Source of the DNA: Nitrospirota bacterium
GTDB taxonomy: Bacteria; Nitrospirota; UBA9217
Direction: 5' to 3'
Assembly: GCA_963790205.1 (NCBI GenBank)
Contig: CAWBNQ010000011.1
Location: forward strand, 134,066 to 198,065
DNA length: 64,000 nt
Shown here: positions 1 to 8,820 of the stretch, piece by piece
How positions within the stretch are numbered: position 1 is the first letter of the stretch
Layout of the letters: each line of letters opens with the position of its first letter
Program-made: the position numbers and the translations under genes
The notes under the pieces: generated by a model
What the model was told of the DNA's origin: nothing
The model's input: the letters and a program-made list of their open reading frames with translations, nothing else
The model's database searches: none

Positions 1-152
1 TCGGTCAAAGCGCGGGCGGCTTCGGGTGTGATGATCATATTCGGCGGCGTTTTTCTGCGGTAGAGGCGCTCGAGCATGCGAAGCTCGGCGGGTTTGAGGC
101 CGGTGGTATTGCCGTATACAGTAGGGATGAGAGGCTCCTTGAGTAAAATCAC
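1..152 (-). CDS. hflX: GTPase HflX, 5' end (runs off the window); start is GTG at 152 or ATC at 128
   Basis: Minus-strand translation IPTVYGNTTGLKPAELRMLERLYRRKTPPNMIITPEAARALT matches the N-terminal extension of long-form HflX (xxxYGNxxGLKxxxxxxLxxLYxR). Not in the ORF track because it is partial. Confidence 0.7.
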   Translation of the reverse strand, partial: MILLKEPLIPTVYGNTTGLKPAELRMLERLYRRKTPPNMIITPEAARALT

Positions 153-264
153 TCCGCACCTCTTGGAGAGATGCCGGGTGAGGGAATTTTGGATACGAGC
201 AAACACAGCGCAGGCATGAGTACCTGCCCTGTGTAGATTATAGCATAATCGTGTGCGATACCCG

Positions 265-801
265 TTACTTCACCAGGTACACGATGTCATGCTCCCGCGC
301 GTGGTCCGTCACCTTGAGGCCCACGCTTTGGCCCGCGCCGGCCTGATCAACATGCTGGTGCTCGTACTCCATGGATTCGACCTCCTGGGTAAAATCGGTG
401 CTATGGCCTTTGACGCGGATCATATCGCCCGTTTTAAGCGTTCCCTTGTTGAGTTGTACCACGACCACGCCGAGATGGCTGTAGTAATGGGTCACGGTGC
501 CGAGCGCCTCTTCGTTCGCAGCCGGCTCTTCCACGGGCGGGTTGCCGCTTGGCGGCGGACCCGGTTCTACCATGGCCGATTTTGGCGGGAGCGGGGGCTT
601 GGCCTTAGGTGCGGCCTTCTTTGCGGATTTTTCCCGGGCTGCTTTCTTTTTTAAGACTGTCTTTTTGGCGGCTTTTTTCTTGGCTTTTTTCTTTTTTGTG
701 ATTTTCTTCTTCGGAGTTTTCTTTTTCGAGGCTTTCTTCCGAACGGGTTTGCGGGAAGCCGATTTTTTTGCTTTGCTTTTACCTTTTGTTTTTTTAGGCA
801 T
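265..801 (-). CDS. Lys/Ala-rich histone-like N-terminus fused to a translation-factor-like beta-barrel
   Basis: ATG at 801 follows SD GAGGAGGT. About 65 aa of K/A-rich sequence, a Pro-rich linker, then GTVTHYYSHLGV...GDMIRVKG...DFTQEVESME...GQSVGLKV...AREHDIVY (EF-Tu domain II / U32 C-terminal-like barrel). Confidence 0.8.
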   Translation of the reverse strand: MPKKTKGKSKAKKSASRKPVRKKASKKKTPKKKITKKKKAKKKAAKKTVLKKKAAREKSAKKAAPKAKPPLPPKSAMVEPGPPPSGNPPVEEPAANEEALGTVTHYYSHLGVVVVQLNKGTLKTGDMIRVKGHSTDFTQEVESMEYEHQHVDQAGAGQSVGLKVTDHAREHDIVYLVK

Positions 802-835
802 GAAGACCTCCTCTAAAAATGGGTTGAATATCTTT

Positions 836-1008
836 ACCACAAAGACACCAAGACACGAAGAAGATCTTTAAACACGCAAGTAAACAAATCCCAAAGGCAT
901 TCAGGTATTACTTCGTGCCTTCGCCTGCACCCAGCGGTTACGAGTGGTAACGTAGCCTGCTCTTGCGAAGACGCGGCCATAAACGAGTGCAGGGTATGAC
1001 TTCGTGGT
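836..1008. repeat. Imperfect inverted-repeat element whose right arm is interrupted by a 73-bp palindromic insert
   Basis: Left arm ACCACAAAGACACCAAGACACGAAG (836-860). Right arm CTTCGTGCCTTCG (911-923) + TGACTTCGTGGT (997-1008), split by CCTGCAC...GTGCAGGGTA (924-996). Confidence 0.55.
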
Positions 1009-1406
1009 GGATTTTATTCTGACTTGTCCAGGTTAGGAAAATTGTAGCAAAGATTAAGGAAAATGCAAGAAATTTATGTTTTTTTGCATCTTTTGGCCAT
1101 TCAGGCGCTTGAATCGTCCGGATTTGTGCCTGCGGTAATTGCTGTTGCCCGTAATGATGGCTGGTTTTCAGTATAATATGTCATTCATTATTATTTTCAC
1201 TTATGCTATAGTAGTCCAACGAAGGTCACTAGATGAGGATGCGGGAAAATCCCCTGTGTTACCGCGAGGCGTCTGTCCTCGGAATTTTACCGGAAAGCTC
1301 GATTAACTATGGCTTGTAATTGCACGCTCTATCGGGTAAAATTCGTCTCATCTCAGCGCCGCGTTGCTCAGGTGCCTCCGGATTGAACGCCCTCACGGAA
1401 CGAACC

Positions 1407-2432
1407 ATGAAAATCCTTGTTATCAAACTTTCCGCCATCGGCGACGTGGTACAGACGCTGCCCGCGCTCGAGGCGATCAAGAAGCTCTACCCGGCCGGTG
1501 AAGTAACCTGGATCGTCGAGGAAGCGGCGGCAGGTATCCTCGAAGGCCATCCGCTTATCGACAGGGTATTGGTCTCGCGAAGAAAAGCGCTGACCGGGAT
1601 GCTGAAAAATCCCCGTACGTTCATGAAAGGGCTGGGCGGTATTATCGGTTTTTTTCGGGAACTGCGGTCTACCCGGTATGACATTGCCGTCGATTTTCAA
1701 GGACTCTTGAAGAGCGGCATCCTCATGGGCCTGGCCCGTGCAAAGCGCAAGATCGGCTTTGACCGCACTCGCGAGCTTTCCTACCTGTTCCTGAATGAAC
1801 GCCTGCCTGCTTACGATATCGAGAAGCATGCGCTGGAACGGTATCTCGATATTGCGCGCTATCTCGGTGCACACGACCCGGCGCCGGTCTGCACGCTGCC
1901 GATCGAACGGGAAATTGCGAGGATGCGCCAGAGGACGGCGGTCATGAAAGGAGCGGGAAAGCCGCTTGTTGTCATAAATCCGGTGGCGCGCTGGAAGACC
2001 AAGCTTTGGAGGGAAAGTAACTTTGCGGAGTTGGCGGACAGGCTCGTGCTGGAGAAGAAGGCCGTGGTGATCTTTACCGGCAGCGCCGCAGATCGGGACG
2101 TGAACCAAAGGATCATATCCAGAATGAAGCAGCCCGCGGAGAACTGGGCGGGAGAGACCTCTCTCAAGGAACTGGCGGCACTTGCCGCGCTTTCAGACCT
2201 GTTCATCACCACGGACACGGGTCCCATGCATCTGGCCGCGGCGGCAGGCGCGAAGGTCCTGGCGCTGTTCGGTCCCACGGCGCCCTGGCGGACCGGGCCT
2301 TACGGGAAGTCACCGGTCACTGTGCGAGCGGGAATTGAATGCTCTCCCTGTTTTAAGCGAACCTGTGAAGACAACATCAGCTGTATGGAAGGGATATCGG
2401 TCGAGGACGTGATGAGTAAGATCGCATGGTGA
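1407..2432 (+). CDS. Glycosyltransferase family 9, LPS heptosyltransferase (WaaC/WaaF-like)
   Basis: MKILVIKLSAIGDV, DFQGLLKS, TDTGPMHLAAA and ALFGPT motifs. Confidence 0.92.
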   Translation: MKILVIKLSAIGDVVQTLPALEAIKKLYPAGEVTWIVEEAAAGILEGHPLIDRVLVSRRKALTGMLKNPRTFMKGLGGIIGFFRELRSTRYDIAVDFQGLLKSGILMGLARAKRKIGFDRTRELSYLFLNERLPAYDIEKHALERYLDIARYLGAHDPAPVCTLPIEREIARMRQRTAVMKGAGKPLVVINPVARWKTKLWRESNFAELADRLVLEKKAVVIFTGSAADRDVNQRIISRMKQPAENWAGETSLKELAALAALSDLFITTDTGPMHLAAAAGAKVLALFGPTAPWRTGPYGKSPVTVRAGIECSPCFKRTCEDNISCMEGISVEDVMSKIAW

Positions 2433-2520
2433 ACTGAAAACCGTTCAACCCGAGCACTACCGGCTTGATCACCTTAGTATCATGCGCCTATCGTCTCAGC
2501 TCATGCCTGCACGGAAGTAT

Positions 2521-2970
2521 TTATCGGCAGGGCATCGCCATCGTCTTCTCGATATAGTTCACGATCTGTTCCAACGCCAGCCTTCGGTCGTCAAGTCCCC
2601 AGAAGAAAAAATCGTCAACGGACTTGAACGGCCCATAGGCCTCACGATGGTCAGCGATAATGGACGTGGCAAGCTTGTCGTTACCTTCACCTCCGGCCGA
2701 AATGATTTCGTCCATGAGTTTTGGAAAGCTTGCATACCAGGCAGAATAATGCTTTCCCAGGCCGGACCTCACCTTGTCCTTGACCAGATCAAGGACTTTC
2801 CGGTAGTAGTGGGCTTGGTCATATATCATATGCTGGGGATCGGTCAGAATGGAATACATGCCGATGGCCTGGGTGAGCTCGACGTAACGGCCTCTTTTGA
2901 AATAGTCCTCGATCGAGGCCATAAGGCCCTGATCATTTTCGATGGTTGAAACCCTTACAACTTCGGGCAT
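2521..2970 (-). CDS. Hypothetical protein with a possible degenerate helix-hairpin-helix (ComEA-like) C-terminal segment
   Basis: SD AGGAGG upstream of ATG; 149 aa; segment IIADHREAYGPFKSVDDF. Confidence 0.6.
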   Translation of the reverse strand: MPEVVRVSTIENDQGLMASIEDYFKRGRYVELTQAIGMYSILTDPQHMIYDQAHYYRKVLDLVKDKVRSGLGKHYSAWYASFPKLMDEIISAGGEGNDKLATSIIADHREAYGPFKSVDDFFFWGLDDRRLALEQIVNYIEKTMAMPCR

Positions 2971-3135
2971 GAACGATTTCCTCCTTTGGTAATGAGCAGC
3001 TTAAACTCCACGGAAAAATAGTATAACAATTCCGGGAAGGAAGCAAGATATTTATTTAAGTCCGTCCTGCCTGCAAGAATCAAGGTTGGACGAAAACTGC
3101 GCCGATCTCATGAGTTCGGAGGAAGGGGGAACAAT

Positions 3136-3621
3136 ATGATCAAGCGATGCGTGAAAGCCGACGTAGTCTTCCTTACAGCGCTCATGGCATTTTTGATGAG
3201 TGGTTGTCATGCCGGTACGGAGCAGGATAAGGTTACAAAGGTCGTTCATAGGGTTCAACGAGCAGCAGAGGGCAAGGATATCAAACAGGTTCTTGCTCAC
3301 GTATCTAAAATCTATAAGGACCCTCAGGGGAACGATTATAACGACATTAAGGATCTGCTGATCTACTACTTTATCAGGCACGCGAAAGTGTCGGTCTTCA
3401 TAACTAATCTTGAAGTCCACGTCGATGGCTCCTTGGCTACAGCGAGGTTCCAGTCGGTGCTGTCAGGCAGAAATAAGATGGATTCAGCCGACGACGTCCT
3501 TCCTGAAGCAACCGGCGCATATAACTTCGACGTGACTCTGGCTCTGGAGTCGGGTGAGTGGCGGATCGTTTCAGCGAAATGGGACCGGACAGGAAAAGGG
3601 TCGTTCGATAAAATGCCGTAA
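3136..3621 (+). CDS. Putative lipoprotein, NTF2/SnoaL-like fold
   Basis: Hydrophobic signal ending LMSGC; C-terminal GEWRIVSAKW typical of NTF2-like folds. Confidence 0.65.
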   Translation: MIKRCVKADVVFLTALMAFLMSGCHAGTEQDKVTKVVHRVQRAAEGKDIKQVLAHVSKIYKDPQGNDYNDIKDLLIYYFIRHAKVSVFITNLEVHVDGSLATARFQSVLSGRNKMDSADDVLPEATGAYNFDVTLALESGEWRIVSAKWDRTGKGSFDKMP

Positions 3622-3704
3622 AACAAAATGCCCTGCGCGTTGTCCGGTCTCCTTCAACAATGCCTTGATATCCTCGTATCTTTATGAGATAATCATGTCT
3701 TGTT

Positions 3705-4859
3705 ATGGTCTTTTTCCCGGCAGCGATCAAGAGATTTACACATGCGCTCACCATACCTCTGTGGGCGGGTCTGCTCGCGCTGCCCTTTGCCGGCCTCGGG
3801 AGCGCTTTCCGCGTTGTTGCGACAACTGGCGTCCTCATTGTTTTGTGGAAACTGATAACGCTTGACTCCATAACGGCGCTCCGAATATCGCTAAAGGGGA
3901 AAGTCTCCCGTCTGCGTGCCGTATCGTCATTTATCAGCTTCCATGCCGACTCTCCGGTAATCCTTTCGTGTCTTGTCCTCTTCCTTATCGTCTTCCCTCT
4001 TTTTACCAACGATTATTATCGGGATGTTATGACGATCACGGGCATGTACATCGTCCTTGCCCTGGGCCTGAATCTCGTCGTGGGCCAGGCAGGCTTGCTG
4101 AACCTGGGCTACGTGGCCTTTTACGCGATCGGGGCCTACACCTATGCTATTCTCTCCACGCTCTACGGGCTCTCATTCTGGCCCGGCATGGCGCTCGGCC
4201 CTCTTGTTGCCGCCTGCTTTGCGGTGCTCCTCGGATCGCCGATACTGAAATTGCGGGGCGATTACTTCGCGATCGTGACCCTGGGCCTGGGGGAAATCAC
4301 CCGTATAGTCCTGAACAACTGGGACGCGATGACCGGTGGACCGAACGGGCTCGCGAAGATCAACAGGCCGGTGATCGCGGGATATACGCTTCATACGACC
4401 CTCGATTATTATTATCTTATTCTGGTGATTGTCATTATAACCATATTTGCCATGCACAGGCTCATCTCATCGCGCATAGGCAGGGCGTGGATCGCGATCC
4501 GCGAGGACGAGGTCGCGGCCGAGGCAATGGGAATCAATACGTTCAGGCTGAAATTGCTTGCTTTCGTGCTCGGCTCGGCATGGGCGGGGTTGGCCGGCGT
4601 GTTCTTTGCCGCCAAAATGGCCTTTGTATCGCCCGAGAGCTTCACCTTTTTTGAATCGGTCCTGATCCTCTGCATGGTAGTGCTCGGCGGCATGGGCAGC
4701 ATCCCCGGTATTATACTGGGGGCGGTGCTTCTGATCGGACTTCCGGAAGTGTTTCGCGATTTTCAGGACTACCGGATGCTGGCTTTCGGCGCGGCGCTGG
4801 TCCTTATGATGATATTCAGGCCGCAGGGGCTGTTGGGGTCGGTGAAAAAATCAGTTTGA
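3705..4859 (+). CDS. livM: Branched-chain amino acid ABC transporter permease
   Basis: GLNLVVGQAGLLNLGYVAFYAIGAY, LRGDYFAIVTLG, GRAWIAIREDE and MVVLGGMGS motifs. Confidence 0.92.
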   Translation: MVFFPAAIKRFTHALTIPLWAGLLALPFAGLGSAFRVVATTGVLIVLWKLITLDSITALRISLKGKVSRLRAVSSFISFHADSPVILSCLVLFLIVFPLFTNDYYRDVMTITGMYIVLALGLNLVVGQAGLLNLGYVAFYAIGAYTYAILSTLYGLSFWPGMALGPLVAACFAVLLGSPILKLRGDYFAIVTLGLGEITRIVLNNWDAMTGGPNGLAKINRPVIAGYTLHTTLDYYYLILVIVIITIFAMHRLISSRIGRAWIAIREDEVAAEAMGINTFRLKLLAFVLGSAWAGLAGVFFAAKMAFVSPESFTFFESVLILCMVVLGGMGSIPGIILGAVLLIGLPEVFRDFQDYRMLAFGAALVLMMIFRPQGLLGSVKKSV

Positions 4860-4892
4860 ACCGTTCAAACGGTTTAAACGGCTTGAACGAAT

Positions 4893-5663
4893 ATGCTGTT
4901 ATTAGAGACCAAAAACCTGACCAAACACTTCGGCGGACTCAAGGCGCTCGAGGGCATCGATATGCGTGTCGAACGAGAGAGGATCGTAAGCGTCATCGGC
5001 CCGAACGGGGCAGGGAAAACCACGTTCTTTAATTGCATTACGGGCATTTATCAGCCGACAGCCGGAAACGCGATATTCCACGACCGGGACGTCACGAACA
5101 TGCCGCCGCACGCTATTACGGGAATGGGCATCGCGAGGACATTCCAGAACATCCGCCTCTTCGGCGGCATGACCTGCGTCGAGAACGTCATGGTGGCGGC
5201 GCACTGCCGCACCCAGGCAGGTGTGTTCGGCGCAATCTTCCGACCGCGCAGGGTGATTAAGGAAGAGCGGGACATGGGCTTCCGGGCCATGGACATCCTG
5301 AAATTCGTCGGCCTTGAAAGCAGACACGGCGTTCTCGCGGCGAACCTCTCCTACGGCGACCAGCGACGGCTTGAGATCGCGCGGGCGCTTGGGACTGAAC
5401 CGCATCTCTTGCTTCTTGATGAGCCTGCTGCGGGCATGAATCCCCTGGAAACGCAGGAGTTGATGGCGTTGATCCGTAAAATACGCGATAACGGCGTGGC
5501 GATCCTTCTGATAGAACATGATATGAAAGTGGTCATGGGCATATCGGACAGGGTGCTCGTGCTGGACCACGGCGTGAAGATTGCCGAAGGTTTACCGAAA
5601 GACATACAGGCCAACCCCCAGGTGGTAGAAGCCTATCTCGGCAAGGAGAACGCCCATGCTTGA
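4893..5663 (+). CDS. livG: Branched-chain amino acid ABC transporter ATP-binding protein
   Basis: Walker A GPNGAGKTT, ARTFQNIRLF, LSYGDQRRLEIARAL, DEPAAG, EAYLG. Confidence 0.93.
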   Translation: MLLLETKNLTKHFGGLKALEGIDMRVERERIVSVIGPNGAGKTTFFNCITGIYQPTAGNAIFHDRDVTNMPPHAITGMGIARTFQNIRLFGGMTCVENVMVAAHCRTQAGVFGAIFRPRRVIKEERDMGFRAMDILKFVGLESRHGVLAANLSYGDQRRLEIARALGTEPHLLLLDEPAAGMNPLETQELMALIRKIRDNGVAILLIEHDMKVVMGISDRVLVLDHGVKIAEGLPKDIQANPQVVEAYLGKENAHA

Positions 5664-6357
5664 ACTCAGGGATGTGACCGTCTCCTATGGCATGATCGAT
5701 GCGCTCAAGGGCATCAGCCTGAACGTGAAGCAGGGAGAGATTGTCGCCTTGATCGGTGCGAACGGGGCCGGCAAGTCGACGACTCTGATGTCTGTCTCGG
5801 GCGTTGCTCCCCTGCGTTCCGGCAAGATTATTTATGAAGGCAGAGAGACATCCACCCTCCCGGCCCACGAGATCGTCCGGCTGGGAATATCGCAGGTCCC
5901 GGAAGGCAGACGCATATTCCCCCGGATGACCGTGCGGGAAAATCTGGAAATGGGGGCATTCCGCGAAAAGAAGCATGAGTTCGTCCGGCATATCGCTCAG
6001 GTATACGATATGTTTCCTGCGCTCGCGGAGCGGGATAAACAGCTCGGCGGTACACTCTCGGGAGGTGAGCAGCAGATGCTCGCCATCGGCAGGGCTCTCA
6101 TGTCAAAGCCGCGGCTTTTGCTCCTGGACGAGCCTTCTCTCGGCCTTGCCCCAATTATCGTGGGCCGGATCTTCAAGATCATCAAAGAGATCAATGACCA
6201 GGGGACGACCGTCCTTCTGGTGGAGCAGAACGCAAAAGCCGCCCTCCGTCTGGCTCACCGAGCCTATGTGATGGAGACCGGAAAGATCGTGATGCAGGGC
6301 GATGCCGCGGTGCTCGAAAAGGACCCGGGGATCAAAAAAGCGTATCTGGGAGAATGA
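5656..6357 (+). CDS. livF: Branched-chain amino acid ABC transporter ATP-binding protein
   Basis: GANGAGKST, VPEGRRIF, LSGGEQQML, DEPSLGLAP, VEQNA. Confidence 0.93.
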   Translation: MLELRDVTVSYGMIDALKGISLNVKQGEIVALIGANGAGKSTTLMSVSGVAPLRSGKIIYEGRETSTLPAHEIVRLGISQVPEGRRIFPRMTVRENLEMGAFREKKHEFVRHIAQVYDMFPALAERDKQLGGTLSGGEQQMLAIGRALMSKPRLLLLDEPSLGLAPIIVGRIFKIIKEINDQGTTVLLVEQNAKAALRLAHRAYVMETGKIVMQGDAAVLEKDPGIKKAYLGE

Positions 6358-6380
6358 TCAGAATGCTGACGAAGGAATCG

Positions 6381-6471
6381 CCCCTCACCCCGGCCCTCTT
6401 CCCGACAGGAGGAGGGAGAATAGGAGCAAAACCTCCTCTCCCCGTGGGGGAGGGGATTGAAGTGAGAGGGG
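6381..6471. repeat. REP-like intergenic palindrome of the CCCTCACCCCGGCCCTCTCCC...GGGAGAGGG type
   Basis: CCCCTCACCCCGGCCCTCTTCCCG...GGAGGGAG, then CCTCTCCCGTGGGGGAGGGGATTGAAGTGAGAGGGG: two head-to-head degenerate units. Confidence 0.6.
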
Positions 6472-6472
6472 C

Positions 6473-7216
6473 ATGAGAAACATAAAAATCATCCTCGAAT
6501 ACGACGGCACAAACTATCACGGCTGGCAGTCGCAGGCCGGGACCGAAAATCCGACAATACAGGACGCGCTTGAACATGCCCTCAAAACACTCACGAAGGC
6601 AGATTGCCAAACCTCTTCTTCGGGACGTACGGATGCGGGTGTGCATGCTTTCGGACACGTGGCCAACTTCAAGACCGGGAGCAGCATCCCGGCTGAGGCC
6701 TGGGCGCCTGCGCTCAATCATCTGCTGCCCGGCGATATCAGGGTGTTGGTATCCGGAGAGGCGCCTGAAGACTTCCATGCGCGCTACAGTGCACTGAGCA
6801 AGGTCTACAAATACCGTATATTGAACAGGCGCGCACCGACCGCGTTGTATCGTAACTATGCCTGGCACATCAATGCGCCCCTGAATCTTAAGAAGATGAG
6901 GCAGGCTGCCTCTTGTCTTCCGGGCAAGCACGATTTTTCAACCTTTCGCAGTTCGGGGTGCGGGGCCAAAACACCGGTGAGGACGCTTAAAAGAGTAGAG
7001 ATAGACAAAAGAGGAGACTTCATCGAGATATGGTTTGAAGCCGATTCTTTTCTTCAGTACATGGTGAGAAATATAACGGGAACGCTTGTCGAAGTAGGCC
7101 TCGGCAGATTTAGCCCTGATGACGTGGAGCGGATGCTCAAGTCTTGCGACCGGACCTTGGCAGGCCGCACAGCCCCGCCGCAGGGTCTCTACCTGGTGAA
7201 AGTGTATTACCCATGA
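6473..7216 (+). CDS. truA: tRNA pseudouridine(38-40) synthase
   Basis: EYDGTNYHGWQ, GRTDAGVHA, FHARYSA, FLQYMVRNI, TAPPQGLYL. Confidence 0.96.
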   Translation: MRNIKIILEYDGTNYHGWQSQAGTENPTIQDALEHALKTLTKADCQTSSSGRTDAGVHAFGHVANFKTGSSIPAEAWAPALNHLLPGDIRVLVSGEAPEDFHARYSALSKVYKYRILNRRAPTALYRNYAWHINAPLNLKKMRQAASCLPGKHDFSTFRSSGCGAKTPVRTLKRVEIDKRGDFIEIWFEADSFLQYMVRNITGTLVEVGLGRFSPDDVERMLKSCDRTLAGRTAPPQGLYLVKVYYP

Positions 7217-7324
7217 AGGCGAATATCAACCAGGTGTTTGCAAATGTGTAAGCTCCAAAAGGGCAATTCTCATTTTTGCAAAAATCCGGTGTTAGTTTAT
7301 TTCATAAAATCAAAAGGTTCTGGT

Positions 7325-7340
7325 TGGCATAGGAACTGCA
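7325..7340 (+). promoter_or_regulatory. Putative sigma54 (-24/-12) promoter upstream of the cytochrome c/b pair
   Basis: TGGCATAGGAACTGCA: GG-N10-GC spacing in an AT-rich intergenic region. Confidence 0.6.
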
Positions 7341-7914
7341 TATCTTAAATACTTAAGTTATAATAATTATTCTTGTTCCAGACGAGGCTCTCTTTATGTA
7401 TTATAATAGGGCTTAGGCCATGACGTATATCGGCGCCGAAGTCGGCCTCGTCATTTTCGCTTTTTTTTGGTTGCTGCCGAGCAGTTTCCTCCGGAGCAAT
7501 TGGGCTCAACCTCGCAGGAAAAATGTCCGGCAGTCCTCTTGCACCCTTGCTCTTTCCCAAGATTATAGGAGCGTGTGGTGGGTTCTGATACCCCGCCTGC
7601 TGAAACTGCTCATCTTAATTCAAGGAAATAGTTTGACGGAACGTGGAAAATCGATGAGAATATGCCGGTGATGATAGGTGCTCGGGCCACAGCGTTTGCT
7701 CTGTCCCCGGGTGGTCGAAGCGTAACCGGCATAAGTTTGATGTTCAGAAATAAAGATTTTCGAAATACCGCATAAATACTATTGATCGAAAGGAGAAGGC
7801 CGACGGTAACACGTGTAATCAGGCGTCACTGGTATTATCGTACTATGCAGCAAGGAACATCTTAAATCAGCTCCTGATTTCAAATTTTTAGAATTGAAAG
7901 GAGAACGTAAAAGT

Positions 7915-8820
7915 ATGAGGAATCGGTGGAACGCGCTATCATTGCTGCTGTTGCTCGCCTTCGTGCTAGTCCCTGCTGCCGGTGCGGCACCCGACGCGGC
8001 GGCATGCCTCGGTTGTCACGGTTCAATGGAAGGGGCGGTGAATGTCAACCAGGAAAAATTTTCAAAGTCCGTCCATGGATCGTTTGATTGCGTCACGTGC
8101 CATATGACCCTGAAAGGAGCACAGCACGCCGGGCTCTCCGGCAAAGCCGACGCGGCGACCAGGGCACTGGCCTCCCAGATCTCCCCGAAGAGCAAAATCG
8201 ATCCTATTGCGCAGGCGGCGTGCGCCCAATGCCATGGTGATATTTACCAGGCCTATAAGGGGAGCGTTCATGGGAAGAATGTCATCGATAAAAAATCGAC
8301 CGACGGTCCTGTCTGTACGAGCTGTCACGGTTCCCCGCACTATATTCAGCCGAAGGAGAGCAAGGAGTCGGCGGTAAACCACTTCAATGTCGTGCAGACC
8401 TGCGGCAAGTGCCATGAAGAAAAATTCATGTCCGAAAAATACGGCTTCAGCGAACAAGTCATGGAACGGTACAAGGAAAGTTTCCACGGCAGAAAGCTGA
8501 AGCTCGGTCACCCCAACGCGCCTTCTTGCGTTGATTGTCACGGTTCCCATGATATCATAAGCGATAAGGACCCCGCTTCGCCGGTGGTAGGAGCGAATAA
8601 GATAAAGACCTGCAGCAAGTGCCACGCGGGAGCGAATGCGAAGTTTGTGGCAGCCATTACCCATCAGCCCCCTCGCCCGATAGCGCATTTCACGGAAATC
8701 GCCCTGATCATCCTCACGGTGAGTGTGTTTCTGTTCATCTGCATCCATGTGCTTTTGGATATCTACGCGGACGTCCGCGACCGTTTGTTCAGGAAAGGAA
8801 AAGGAGGCAGCCATGAATAA
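7915..8820 (+). CDS. Multihaem (7 CxxCH) cytochrome c with signal peptide and C-terminal TM helix
   Basis: CLGCH, CVTCH, CAQCH, CTSCH, CGKCH, CVDCH, CSKCH; N-terminal signal; C-terminal hydrophobic helix containing His. Confidence 0.92.
   Translation: MRNRWNALSLLLLLAFVLVPAAGAAPDAAACLGCHGSMEGAVNVNQEKFSKSVHGSFDCVTCHMTLKGAQHAGLSGKADAATRALASQISPKSKIDPIAQAACAQCHGDIYQAYKGSVHGKNVIDKKSTDGPVCTSCHGSPHYIQPKESKESAVNHFNVVQTCGKCHEEKFMSEKYGFSEQVMERYKESFHGRKLKLGHPNAPSCVDCHGSHDIISDKDPASPVVGANKIKTCSKCHAGANAKFVAAITHQPPRPIAHFTEIALIILTVSVFLFICIHVLLDIYADVRDRLFRKGKGGSHE

Noticed and set aside
1215..1385. Glycine, cobalamin or lysine riboswitch; 6S or SRP RNA
   Set aside because: Only fragments (CGAAGG, CTCAGG, GGGAA) match. 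The full conserved cores are absent and the gene context does not fit.
7420..7671. Small ORF in the cytochrome leader
   Set aside because: No clear SD and no recognisable motif, so it cannot be supported.
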